From: Balanoglossus misakiensis
Taxonomy: Eukaryota; Animalia; Hemichordata
Length of the DNA: 64,000 bases
Direction of reading: 5' to 3'
NCBI GenBank assembly: GCA_040954595.2
Contig: CM082578.2
Coordinates: forward strand, 4,198,831 to 4,262,830
Numbering within the stretch: position 1 is the stretch's first letter; each line of letters opens with the position of its first letter. Positions 50,515 to 62,665 of this stretch are shown one piece after another. The notes under the pieces are model-generated. The model was not told the origin of the DNA. It saw nothing but the letters and a program-made list of their open reading frames with translations, and searched no databases. Both the position numbers and the translations under genes were made by a program.

Positions 50515-53500
50515 TGTTTTTTTTTTGTTTTTTTTTGGGGGGGGGGGGGCTTTATCAGCATGTTTGTCCGATTGTCATTCTCTCGTTCAGAAAGGAAATG
50601 TTCCCTTGCATTTGTACAACTAATGTAGTGTAATTGTGTTTTAAATGCTTAATAAAGAAAACTAACACTGACAACGGACACATTTTGTTCGTAGTGAATT
50701 AAACGCCCCTCCCTGAATGCCTAGTCTGAAATAAAACTTATGTTGAGAAGGAGAGTTGTACATTGATTAACGTTTTCAACGGTGTAGTACTGGTGTAGCA
50801 ACGATACAGATACGACTCCGACGGAGAATGCTTTTCGCCTGTGCTGCGCCGGTGTTAATTTTCGACAGCGATGACGGGTGGTTCAGATCCAGACCGAAGC
50901 AAATATACAGTGAGAACGCAAAGCACAACCCTGTCGTAACTTTTGATTATGTTTATCTAGGTAACCTATTGTCTTGGGTCAGTTTCCATTGTTGAGTCAA
51001 TAACACTGGACGCGAGTGGTTTTCTAGCCACTCGCGGTTAGCCGGGTCTGCAACATTTCTGTCCGCCACCAACTTTAGGTTCTTTCGATCGCCGAAAAGA
51101 CGAGGCGTTTTCGATTTGTGGATTAACATCCAGTACTGCTAAACGATATCAAAACGGTCATGAAGAAGACGGCAAAGTCGTCCAGAACGCATATCCAGGT
51201 ATAGAAACTGAGATATGTTGCAATTACATGTCCTCGACGTCCTCAATTTTTGTTAGTTGCCGTGTTCCTAAACATTGCCATTTAGACGGCGTTGATCTCA
51301 AAACAATGTCCGTTTAGTGTGTGGACGCACACATATTCTGAGGGCTAATCCCCTGTTAGCAAGAAACAGGAAGTGCTACAATATTCGTCATTTTTAAGTT
51401 GCTGCAATTGATCTGTAGTTTGTACGTGTATGCTTTACATGTATGCATCTGTGGTAACATAAAACACAGGTTACAAATGAACATAAATGACTACATGTAC
51501 ATAGTGTTTTGAACCACTAGCATTCTTTATCTGAATTGGAGGTTGCGCAACTAGACTAGAAAAGCCAGAAATGCGATCATATCATAGACCCTATGGATCA
51601 ATCAAACGTGTTTGGGGTTCAAACCGACCGGCTTCCTTGCTGGTAAGCAACCGGTGCGCCAGTAGACTAGCCCACTAGTCGCTTGGTGATTTTTAAATCT
51701 AAATAGTTAAGGTGTTTTCGATGGTTTTTTGTCTTAATAAATAATTTCAATACTTTTTGCGTGCATGCTTGCCTTTAGCGTGTTTTTGGTAGTGAGGTGA
51801 GTTTCGAATTTGGGACTGAGCTTGTGGTTTCGGGTAGCGTGGGTCTACGCGTTCCCTACACATAATGAAGCCCATAGACTTGGAGCAAGTCTAGTGCGCC
51901 AGGTAAACAAGCGCGCTTCCTGTGACCTGGCTGGCCATGCAAGCCAGGTAGCTCATGAATATTCAGGATTCAAGCCTGGCGCGCTCAGCAAGCACGCTCA
52001 CCAGGCCTGGCGAGCCAGGCGAGCCACCTGGCTTGCTGCGTTCAGGAGCAGGCGCGCCAGGTAGAACAGGACATTCAGTCTGTAGTGTATGTGAAAAAAT
52101 TCCAAAAAAAAGTTTTACTGGCGCCACTCAAGAAAACAGTGCTTTTTTGACAAGTTTTTGCCCAATTTGCCACTTTTCGAAAATCATTAAAAACAAACTG
52201 TTTTCTTATTATTTGGAGATTCTATGATGTATGAAAAGTACATTTATTGTAAAATAGGTGTTGTTTCCAAAAATGTAGTCTTAATGACCTCAACCATGAT
52301 GAAATCGCCTTTTTGGCTAAGTTTTGCACAAAATTGTTATTTTTAAGAATATATTAATAGCATTCTCTTTTCTTCACTTTCGGTGATCTTATAAAAGCCC
52401 ATTCTATATTGAAACGTGGTTACTGTTCCAAAAACGGAAGTCTTACTTACCCTATTCAATTGAAATTTGTAATTTCGGCCACTTTTTTGGTCAAAAATGT
52501 TCATTCAAAACAAACAAACTGAAGACAAATTGTTTTCTTCATATTCAGAGATCTGATCATGTATGAAAAGTCCATTCTGTGTAAAATTTGGTGACTATTC
52601 CAAAAACGGCAGTCTGGTTGGCCCCACTCTAGTCAAAATTGCCTTTTTGGCTATTTGTAGCCAAAAATAGATCTACTCAAGAAAAATTGATCCTTTTTGC
52701 CATTTTGTACCAAAAAAATGTTTGTATTTGGAGTTTTTGCAAAATTAGCCCAAGTTGAACTCATAATGATGATGAAACAGTGCCGGGACCAAGCTCTAAA
52801 CATGATACAGATGACAAAAGACAGGCATTGCACATTGCCCAAATATTCCCATACAGCAGTTCCAAATTAAAACGTCAAGGAATTTAAGTGTTTTTATTAT
52901 GTTTATTTGGTTTAAGCCCACATTTTCCCTGCTGCGTGCTAGTTCAGGGGCCAGTTTTAGCAGTGCTCTATTGAGTATTCTAGCATCGTCAGTTGCACTC
53001 CTGTCCAATCAGTATGACGGAGGTATCATGATATAAATTATAATATAATTTCTGATTTTGTATTCAGATTGAAGAGAATAAATTTCAACAATCTCTCCCG
53101 AGCTGGCATATCTGAACCTAAATATTTCACACCACGCATAATCGACTTATAGTAGACAGTGCGTGTACATGGATCATCTTATTGTTCAGTTCAGTTTTGG
53201 GCTAAATGTGCCAAATTGTGGCAACCCTGTCTTTCAATATCATCAATTTAATTGATATTATATGGTTATGGCGTTTTAAATATGCATATACAACATCAGA
53301 ACACAAATGGCAAAAACATCAATTATATTTGTTTTCTGAAAATGCCTATTGTTGACCAAAAGATGGCAAAATGACAATTTTGTACTGAGCGGGGTGTCTC
53401 AATAAGACCGTTGTGCTGGTATCCGCATATTTTTTGCACACACAAAAAAAAAAAAAAAAAAACGAATTTACATACATCACAAGGGCTCTGAATATGAAGG

Positions 53501-55467
53501 AATAAGTTTGTATTTATTTGTTCTAACAGTTACCTTTTTGAGCAAAGAGGCAAAAATGGTCTTTTTTCCCTCTGTACAATGTACTTTTCACACATCGTAG
53601 AATCTCCAAATAATAAGAAAACAGTTTGTTTTTAATGATTTTCGAAAAGTGGCACTGTTTTCTTGAGTGGCGCCAGTAAAACTTTTTTTTGGAATTTTTT
53701 CACATAGAGTTGGTATATAATACATCATCATCTCCGAAAGTGAAGAAAATATAAAAGTTTTGGGTGGTTTCTAGAAATGACACTTTTTGGGCAGAAACTT
53801 GCCAAAAGGGCACTTTTATCTTGAGTGGCATCAATAAAACTGCTTTTTTGGAAATTGTTCACATATAGTGGGCATATAATACATTATCAGATCTCCGAAA
53901 GTGAAGAAAATATATAAATTTTGAGTGTTTTCAGAAAATGACGTTTTTGGGGCAAAAAGTGGCAAAAATGGCATTTTTTCTTGAGTAGGATCAATAAGAC
54001 TGCTATTTCTAGAATCAGCACCATTTTATACACAGGATGAACATTTCATATATCACATGATCTCTAAGCTTTATGAAGAAAAGTTTGTTTTTAAATTTTT
54101 TTCTAAAAATGGCCTTTTTGGGCAAAAACTTTCCAAAAGGGCATTTTTGCATTAGGTTGGGTCAATAAATCTGCTTTTTTGGAATAATCACCAAATTTTA
54201 CATAGGGTGGGCATATAATACATTATCAGATCTCCGAAAGTGAAGAAAATATATAAATTTTGAGTGTTTTCTAAAAATGACGTTTTTGGGCAAAAAGTGG
54301 CAAAAATGGCATTTTTTTCTTGAGTAGGGTCAATAAGACTGCTATTTCTGGAATCAGCACCATTTTTTACATAGAATGGACATTTCATATATTCAATGAT
54401 CTCTGAATATGACGAACACAATTTGTTTTTAGTTTTTTTTGTAAAAATGACCTTTTTTGACCTCAAAAAGTGGCCAAAAATGGCATTTTTGTATTGATTG
54501 AGGTCAAAAAGACTGCTTTATTTTTTAAAGTCACCACTTTTAACATAGAATTGACTTTCCATATATCACCAGATCAATCATTATGAAGAAAACCGTGTGT
54601 TTTAAATTTTTTCTAAAAATGACGTTTTTGGGGCAAAAAATGGTAAAAAAGACAATTTTTTGTTGTTTTGGGTCAATCGGACTACTTTTTTCGTAATATT
54701 CACCAAATTTTACATAGAATAAGCATATCGTATGTCATCAGATCTCAGAATGTGACGAAAACAGTGTGTTTTTAGTGTTTTCTAAAAAAGACCATTTTTG
54801 GGTTACAAAGGGCCAAAATGGCAATTTTGTCTTGAGTGGGGTCAATGAGACTGACTTTTTTGGAATCAGCACCATTTTTTACATAGAATGGACTTCTCAA
54901 ACCTTCCTTACCAAAAATTCTGATTAACGGCACCTATCTCCTAGGGTAGAAGGGGCACAAGCGCCTGAGGGCGCATGTGCCCCTAATAACATAGACGTCT
55001 TTAACACTGTATCGTAGAGATGTAGTTCAAAATGTCAAAGAAATCGCAATGGTAGATTCTTCATGGTGCTATCAATAAAAGGAAGTTAAACTGGGACTTG
55101 CAAATGATTCCATTTGAACCTAGTTGACCCGTCCGACTAGTCTGCTGCTAATCAGAAGCGAGTAACAGAAGCGAGCTTCAACAAGTGGTGTGCAGAGTTT
55201 TAAAGATATAGCTAGGGTTCATCAGGTACCGGTACAACCTGATAAATTCATCGAGTGTTAGGAACATTTCCATGATTTTCTCTATTCTAGGCTATTAAAT
55301 CTGACAAAGTTACAAATTGTACTGTCTTCTTAGTTCTATGTACCATCCTCCATTCGTGTATCATAGTGTTACAGATACATGTGGGCCTTACGTTTTTTTG
55401 TAGAAAGAGGAATCTAATTGAAACCACATGTATTAATGCAATTGCCCATATGCCATTTTATATCCAG

Positions 55468-55521
55468 GTATCACCGTCATCTAAGGTAAACTCCACCGTG
55501 TGTATGTGTAATCACCTGTAA
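55468..55521 (+). CDS. GPS motif, second half, ending in a stop at the cleavage site
   Basis: tatccag|VSPSSKVNSTVCMCNHL-TAA; phase 0 matches the previous exon; out-of-frame TSF follows at 55529-55537. Confidence 0.88.
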   Translation, partial: VSPSSKVNSTVCMCNHL

Positions 55522-55724
55522 TCGCTGGACGAGTTTCAACAGCATCGAAGCGAACATCGATATCACGGTGACAAGGAAGGACAATGCGTTGTAGAAAATG
55601 TTTATGTTATGTCAAGAGGAACTTAACCATCTGTAATTTACGTGTGCTCATGCATATTGTTTAAAAATCACTTTTTCTCATCGTGGTTGCTCGATAACAT
55701 TAACAGTAGAGCAATGTAGCTTCA

Positions 55725-56123
55725 GCAAGAATGTACCTTACCCTTGATAGTTTTCATCATATTACAGTAAGTACAATTTAAAACGTTGCAACGGATAATT
55801 TGAATAGCTATATTATGAGACGGTTTTGATTTATAATTCAATGTTAAGTAGGTTTTAGTACAAATACATTTTTCAATTTACGTCTCAATATTTACAAGAT
55901 ATTACCACAGAATTCAAAATAGCAAGAATGTACCTTACCCTTTCATGACGTTGATGGTTCTCATCATATTACAGTAAATATAATTTTAAAAAGTCGCAGC
56001 GGATAATTTGAATAGCTATATTATGAGATGGTTTTGATTGATAATTCACTGTAGGTTTTAGTACAAATACATTTTTCAATTTACGTCTTAATATTTACAA
56101 GATATTACCACAGAATTCAAAAT
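55725..56123. repeat. ~200-bp tandem duplication abutting a TIR element end
   Basis: GCAAGAATGTACCTTACCCTT..ACCACAGAATTCAAAATAGC occurs twice. Confidence 0.85.
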
Positions 56124-57420
56124 AGCTGCAACAACCGCCAAACTAGAAACACCATATTTCTTTGATGCCAGCATCGCGTTATCTCTAAAATTGTAACAAC
56201 TTCACAATTTAGTAGACAAAGAGGCCCCCCCCCATCCCAATTGCGCAGTTGAAGTAGTGCGTGTTGAGAGAGATGTGTGAACAGAGAGGGGTAAGAGACT
56301 CGACTCGTACACGGACGACGAGAGTTGTTTAGCGTGTCGAGCGCTGCTCTACGAAGCTCCTAGTTACATTCTGACCGGGACATTTGCGCTTGAACGGACT
56401 GGGTTCCCGATGGGTTCATGCCGATTGCCGCACGCCGGCGGGTATGAAAGTATAGGACGTCGATCCACCGGCCGGCTGCACCGCTCCAAACAGGACCAGC
56501 TCCATGCCACTTTGAGCTGCACCGCAGTCGGATATCCCACCCCGGCTGCCTACAGCATATGAAGGTGTCTGAGGCCTTTTCTAGTCAAATTGTACACGTT
56601 TATAACGTTGGGGTTTTCGGAAAGGAAATAGCGGAACAAGAACATGGATATATACTAAATCATGAACACCAAACAAACACGTTGAAAAAGCCAGCACTGA
56701 AAAAAATTCACGTGGCGTCCGCCGCAGGGCGCGATGACGCGTAACAAACAACGTAACCTGTCACGCTGAGTTCATATATTTTGCTGCCACAAACAACAAG
56801 TTCATGCGTACGTCGAGAACGTTCTCAAGCGACCGGGTGATCGCGGCAAGGTTAGCGGCGCCCCGCACGCCCGAATTTGCCACAAAACTATCAGTCCACA
56901 CAGCAATGCGGTTCAAACTCTTCCGTCGTATTTATTTCAACACAAATTCAGAATACAACACGGCAGTTTGGTACATTGTCTCTATCCTACACTGCTAATT
57001 CTCATCTCAATCGTCTCTCTTCACAATATGTTGATTCTCTAAAAGAATGTTCAACAGACGGGATACATTGCAACCCGCCGAACTAGCAATTCACGTCTCT
57101 GCTTCAAAGGAATCTACCAACCTGAAGCCAGAGGAACCCAGTCCGTTCAAGCATAAATGTCCCGGTCTGAAGGTAACTGCGAGCTTCGTAGAGCAGCATT
57201 CGACACGCTGAACAACTCTCGTCGTCCGAGTTCGAGTCAACACGTCTCTCTCAACACGCACGTACTTCAACTGCGCAATTGGGATGGGGGGGGGCGCCTC
57301 TTTGTCTACCAAATTGTGACGTTGTTACAATTTTAGAGATACATGTAACGCGATGCTGGCATCAGAGAAATATGGTGTTTCTAGTTTGGCGGTTGTTGCA
57401 GCTATTTTGAATTCTGTGGT
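56107..57420. mobile_element. Element with ~300-bp terminal inverted repeats
   Basis: 56107-56408 is inverted at 57133-57420; a solo arm is at ~36740-37008. Confidence 0.82.
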
Positions 57421-58464
57421 AAGTTCGCCACTCATGTACATCTTAAGCACATAATATTTGAAATAACTTGACAAATTTCGCACACACAAAATTAAATTTC
57501 GATATACTATTATTAATTATTACATGTAATATTATTATCATAACTTAAAATTTATCAACCTATACATTTATAACTTGTGATATGTTTGATGCATTGGAAA
57601 GGTAGATGCAGGTGAAAGCTGAAAATTGATACATGTGTTTGCAGTGACGTAGAGGCCAACAAACTTTTATCATAATGTACACATACGAATAATCTATGTA
57701 ATACAATGTGGAACCTTTGTAAGATGATGATGATGATGATGATGATGATGATATCCTCTAAAGTGTCATACAATTATGTCATAAAATAATAAATTTTACA
57801 ACTTGGCGTGTAAATTGTCTCAGCTGCAATCACACCATTGTTTGGAAAAGGTTTAAAATATTAGGTTGAGGTGTGTTTTGTTTAGCAATAATCAATAAAT
57901 AGTTGTATTGGTATACTAAGTTAAGTTAGGATAATTGTGTTGTTATTTCGATGGTGATAAGGCAGCATTTAGTTTTTTTACAAACACCTTAGCACTGGGA
58001 AATAGCAGTGAAGACTGTAAACAATTTGTAACTACATATGTCTAAAACTCAAAGAAACTACTACATGTACATCGTTTAGTTACGCGTCACCGATGTAAAC
58101 ATACAAGAATGATTCAGAGACTACAAGTCCGAATACCAGACATCAAGGGTAATTTCAGATTCATAGGATGTAGTTCCAAATATCAAAAAAGCGAATCTTT
58201 CTTATCGCTAATGTTCATTCACTATATATCCATATATCTAAAATAACATAAGCACTGTCTTGTATCAAACATAATAAATTTAAAAAAGGGCAGTGAGAGA
58301 GAGACTTTATCCCTTTAACAAAGTGACAGTTTAGATTTTACTATGCAAATTACGGTGACCAAATGGGACCAACAAATCACAGAAAGGCATAGATGAACAT
58401 GTCTATTGTGTGAATGGGGGGGGGGGGGGCACTGTAGTTCTCAGAGCAATGAACGTTGACTCAC

Positions 58465-59071
58465 CTCAGAGTGACTAACTTTTGACTTTCCAGTTTGTTT
58501 CTGTTCAACAGCAGTAGATGAAATGACGGCAGTGGTCACTGGAGAAATTGGCGTGGTCGTGGTTGGTTGCTTGGGGGCGCTCTTTGACACTTTCTTCTTT
58601 CTCCTGCTATGTATTGTGTTATCCAATCCAACAAGTTCAGCTGGTATTGAAGGTTCATCAGCAGGTGCCCATTTCTTTCTTTCCTTCCTTGTTTCCGACT
58701 GTCGTGAGAGATACTGTACTCTCTGTTCCCTAAATGCACCCTCCTCCCACGGTTGTGAATTCCCATCTGTCACACCTGCACTGAGAACACCATCCTCTTC
58801 CTGGTTGGTAGACAATTTACTGTCTGCAGCAAACACGTCACTTTCATATTGCACATCATCCAGTGACAGATTTTCCACTCTACTCCTAGTCCTACATTGG
58901 TCCGTGTTTTCCAATGTCTGTAGACAAACTTGGCCCTTCTTATTAGCTGAAGCCTCTTGAATAGAATCAGGTCTTCTTTCCTTCTTTTCCACTTTTGTTT
59001 TCACATGTTTTGCTTGTTTTGAAATATTCTTCTTATCATCCTTTCGACCATTGTTTTTTGCCATTTCTTTC
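58465..59071 (-). CDS. Internal exon of an unidentified - strand gene; Lys/Glu/Ser/Thr-rich, likely disordered
   Basis: 607-nt open exon, gctag| acceptor (phase 2) and GAG|gtgagt donor; basic clusters (RKERKK, RRKKK). Confidence 0.8.
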
Positions 59072-60378
59072 CTAGCAACACACAAGGAAATCAGTAGACA
59101 TATCAGTGATCTAATTTCCGTTCATCAAAGGAAGTAATTACGGAGGGGAAATGGAGCATTTGCATTGACCACACGGCTGAGTTAGCCCCATAGCAGTTGC
59201 CACAGCTCAGCTCATTTCAACAGTCAGAAGGCCACTCAGAGAGAAATGAGAAATGAAAAATCAAACCAACGAGAAAAGGTCAATCAGGTTAGAAACAATA
59301 GAAGCAGCAGGTTTTCCAGAAAATTAACCTTTAGTGACGTCGTATGCTACGATGAGAGTGCATGATTGCATTGTGACAAATGTAAACAAACAGAATATGT
59401 CATTTTGGATCAGACAGAATGTATCCTGCAGATTGAAAGCATGAAGAAAAATGTCAGTGATTGTCGTGACACAAAATCAGACACTTAGACCAGAGCTTTG
59501 CATGGCACGGCTGTGTGGCAAGACTGTAGGCTAGAGACGTAGCCTCAAGACATAGGCCTAAGTCTAGCTGCAATAATTGTATATGTAGCCTTGGTTGGCT
59601 GGTGGCGTGGCTGGGTTGTTCAGCTTGCCCGATTCCACCAAAAAAAAAACAGACTTTGAGAGACAAATGTTTTGTTCAATGTGTGTCAAAAGTTTACATT
59701 TGAACTGGTGAAAGTTTGTTCTTGGAAATAAATTAAATACAATATACCACCAAAAAAAATAAACTTTCCTGTACAGAATGAAAAGTTTGTTTGGGGGAAA
59801 AAAATTCTGATATAGATTAAAGATATTGTTAGTCTAGGGGGAACTAAAATCAACATCAGAAAGTTTAGTTTATCAAAATTTGAATTTTGTGCGTCAAAAT
59901 TGAAGTTGCCTCCTGGGGAGATGAAATCTCATAAATATTAAAGATCTCGGTCTGGTTTATTCCTATCTAATTTGCATAGATTATCGGGCATTTCCTTTCA
60001 AATGAACAGCGCCCTCATCTAGACACCAGTGACTGATTTTTCCCCTGTCCGTAAAAATCAGCAGATTTGGGTCATTTCTCTCGGTTTTTCACAGATTTTG
60101 AAATACTTAAGCAATAACCCCCACCGCAGGCGGGTATACGCGAGATTTGGGTACAATTCGTATGCTGCCGTATGCTAGTTCAGGGGCCCGTTTTAGCACT
60201 GCCCGTTTTAGCACTGCCAGCAGTGCATTATGAGTATTTTAGCATCGCTGGATTGAGCTTTCGTCCAATCAGAATTGCGGACGGTAGCATGATATAATAT
60301 AATACAAGTTAGACAATAGCAGGAAGTGCGATTTTATGACCTTTTTAATTTATTAGCTGACTTTTCACCAGAGATTAC

Positions 60379-60639
60379 CTGTATAATATCGAAATATCGA
60401 GCCGGCATGTGTTATTCTTACGATTCTTCCCATTTTTCAGCACTGCTTCTAGTTGCAGTTCAGTTTTTGCCTTGTTTGTGTGTTGGACGGCAAAAGCAGA
60501 GCTACAGATCCAACAAATCAGAAAGTGCACTGTGAGCTGAACGGCATCTGGTTTGCTTGCATTGCTAAGTTTTTTTTTCTGCCAATCTAACCCCCGTTTT
60601 CTGGCTGATTCACCTTCCACCCCAAGATTTGCATCCAAA
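60379..60639 (-). CDS. Internal exon of an unidentified - strand gene
   Basis: 261 nt, phase 2-2, LDANLGVEGESARKRG..ICWICSSAF..DISILY; donor CAG|gtaatc. Confidence 0.7.
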
Positions 60640-60812
60640 CTACTAGTATTTTTTAATCTCGCTATGAAGCAAGCTCACCAGTGTATCAAAAGTTTTCTCT
60701 ATGTATTCGCTGAGAACTCAACGTCACATTCATTCAAAGATGGCGGTATCTGTGCACGGAAACGGCCAGTGATCACACACAGAAAACTTATAATACTCTA
60801 GAAACACCTTAC

Positions 60813-60996
60813 TTTTGTTTAAACTTGGATGGTGACTGGTAGTACTCTTTGACCTGCTTGCCATCAAAATTGATACTGAAATCCTTTGGGTATTCCAACA
60901 TTACTGATTCCAGTACTGGTAAGGCAGAATCCTGGATATAATCTATCATCTCCAATGATGCCAATACCATCTTATCAAATTCTTGTGAATTGAAAC
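60813..60996 (-). CDS. Internal exon of an unidentified - strand gene
   Basis: Open frame FNSQEFDKMVLASLEMIDY..KFKQ between tag| and AA|gtaagg; phase compatible with the next exon. Confidence 0.75.
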
Positions 60997-61798
60997 CTAC
61001 CAAATGAACATCAAGAGATTCAATATTTAATATTTCAATATATTCAGTTTTTCAATGAACCTTTTTTATATTTTTTTAGCTTTTATGTCAAACCTCTTCA
61101 GCACAATTCTTTCACCATGTCATAATTTATTATGTTATGTGCTACACAAGATATAAGAATTAGGATTATGTCAAAGTAATACGGTATGCAACACTGAGGT
61201 CCCATATCTTGGGAATCAAAATAAATCCCTCAAAAAATAGCGTCAAGGACACTGTGGTCCCATTTGAGGATTATGCGGAAAGAGTGACACACCAGAATAA
61301 AAATTACAGGTGACATTGCAAGCAGATCTGCAAGCAGCAATATTTGGCCCAAGCCAACATAGCACATAGCAATAAGCATATCTGCTTTGGATGCCAAGAT
61401 ATGGAAAAGTAGGTCAAAGGTCACCTGAGGACATGCAAAATTTGGGCAAGAAATTTTGACCCTATACTGGTCCATGTTCAACAAAAACCAAACCTATAGC
61501 CTTATTGGTTAGCCTGGAATTAGGTATGCACATAATTAATGAGATATGCAGGTGTCACAGGTGACCCCCAATTTTAGCTTTTCAATTTTAGTCCCAACCC
61601 TCCAAACGCCAAGTCTGTACCTGCTCTGGATGCCAAGATATATGAAAATAGGTCAAAGGTCACCTGAGGTCACCCAAAATTTGGGCAAGAAATTTTGACC
61701 CTATACTGGTCCATGTCCCACAAGAACGAAACCTCTAGCCCTATTAGTTAGCCTGGAATTAGGTATGCACATAATTAATGTGTTAAGCAGGTGTTACA

Positions 61799-62665
61799 CA
61801 GTCGGCCCGATCGCCAAAAAAGGAAATCTCATGAATATTTAAATAAAGTGTCAAAGGTAACTTTTCGCCCAATCAGATTCCTGGTTTTTGACTCATGCAT
61901 ATCAGTTCTATAGAAAATATGCATACCCTTAGTTTTAGTTCAATTAAATAAAATTTACGTCGCCTAAATGCCCAGGATTTTGTCCGAGGATACATTGATA
62001 CACGCTCTAGCGATCTACCGATGCGTTTTGAAATCGACCGTTGCGTTTTTTAGCGACAGCTGATAATTTCTGCCATGCCCAAGTCCCCACTGTCGACAAC
62101 GGCGATGATGGCTATTCTTGTATGCTTCTGAAGTTTTAGTGCGGGGTCTTAGTTCAATTAAATAAAATCTACGTCGCCTAAACGCTCAGGATTTTGTCCG
62201 AGGACACATTGATACACGCTCTAGCGATCTACCGATGCGTTTTGAAATCGACCGTTGCGTTTTTTAGCGACAGCTGATAATTTCTGCCATGCCCAAGTCC
62301 CCACTGTCGACAACGGCGATGATGGCTATTCTTGTATGCTTCTGAAGTTTTAGTGCGGGGTCTTAGTTCAATTAAATAAAATCTACGTCGCCTAAACGCT
62401 CAGGATTTTGTCCGAGGATACATTGATACACGCTCTAGCTATCTACCGATGTGTTTTGAAATCGACCGTTGCGTTTTTTAGCGACAACTGATAATTTCTG
62501 CCATGCCCTCACTATATACACAAGGAGCTCCGTGCTATATACACTGGCCTTGTTGACATTCCTTCGCGCGTGTCATTTGTGCATATTTCTGATTGGGCGA
62601 AACGTTACCTTTGACACAAATTTAAATATTCATGAGATTTCCTTTTTTGGCGATCGGGCCGACTG
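61799..62665. mobile_element. TIR element with 5-bp TSD and internal ~213-bp tandem repeats
   Basis: ttaca-CAGTCGGCCCGATCGCCAAAAAAGGAAATCTCATG..CATGAGATTTCCTTTTTTGGCGATCGGGCCGACTG-ttaca; the empty site is visible at ~10801-10820. Confidence 0.9.

Larger units (their letters stand above)
45692..52087. mobile_element. CACTA/EnSpm (CMC)-type element, 6.4 kb, no transposase seen
   Basis: TIR CACTACAGACTGAATGTCCTG / CAGGACATTCAGTCTGTAGTG; TA duplication, confirmed by the empty site in the opposite foldback arm (~53700); GC-rich subterminal repeats. Confidence 0.9.
43815..54947. mobile_element. Foldback-type element with kb-scale inverted arms built of ~180-bp subrepeats
   Basis: 43820-45691 (minus an insert) plus 52088-52240 is nearly the reverse complement of ~53580-54943; apparent AGAA (or GAA) target duplication. 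Confidence 0.85.
41773..54989. mobile_element. Family-1 element (reverse) hosting an 11-kb nested insertion
   Basis: Tail at 41773-41810; body to 43814; head hairpin GGGGCACAAGCGCC..GCGCATGTGCCCCTAATAA at 54952-54989. Confidence 0.75.

Noticed and set aside
58523-58960. 145-aa + strand hydrophobic ORF as the missing TM region of the receptor
   Set aside because: It is the antisense shadow of the Lys/Glu-rich - strand exon and lacks PLAT, 7TM or polycystin motifs.
61797-61803. CACAGTC resembling an RSS heptamer (RAG/Transib-type end)
   Set aside because: The first CA belongs to the TTACA target duplication. The other end does not give CACAG, and no nonamer or RAG-like ORF was seen.
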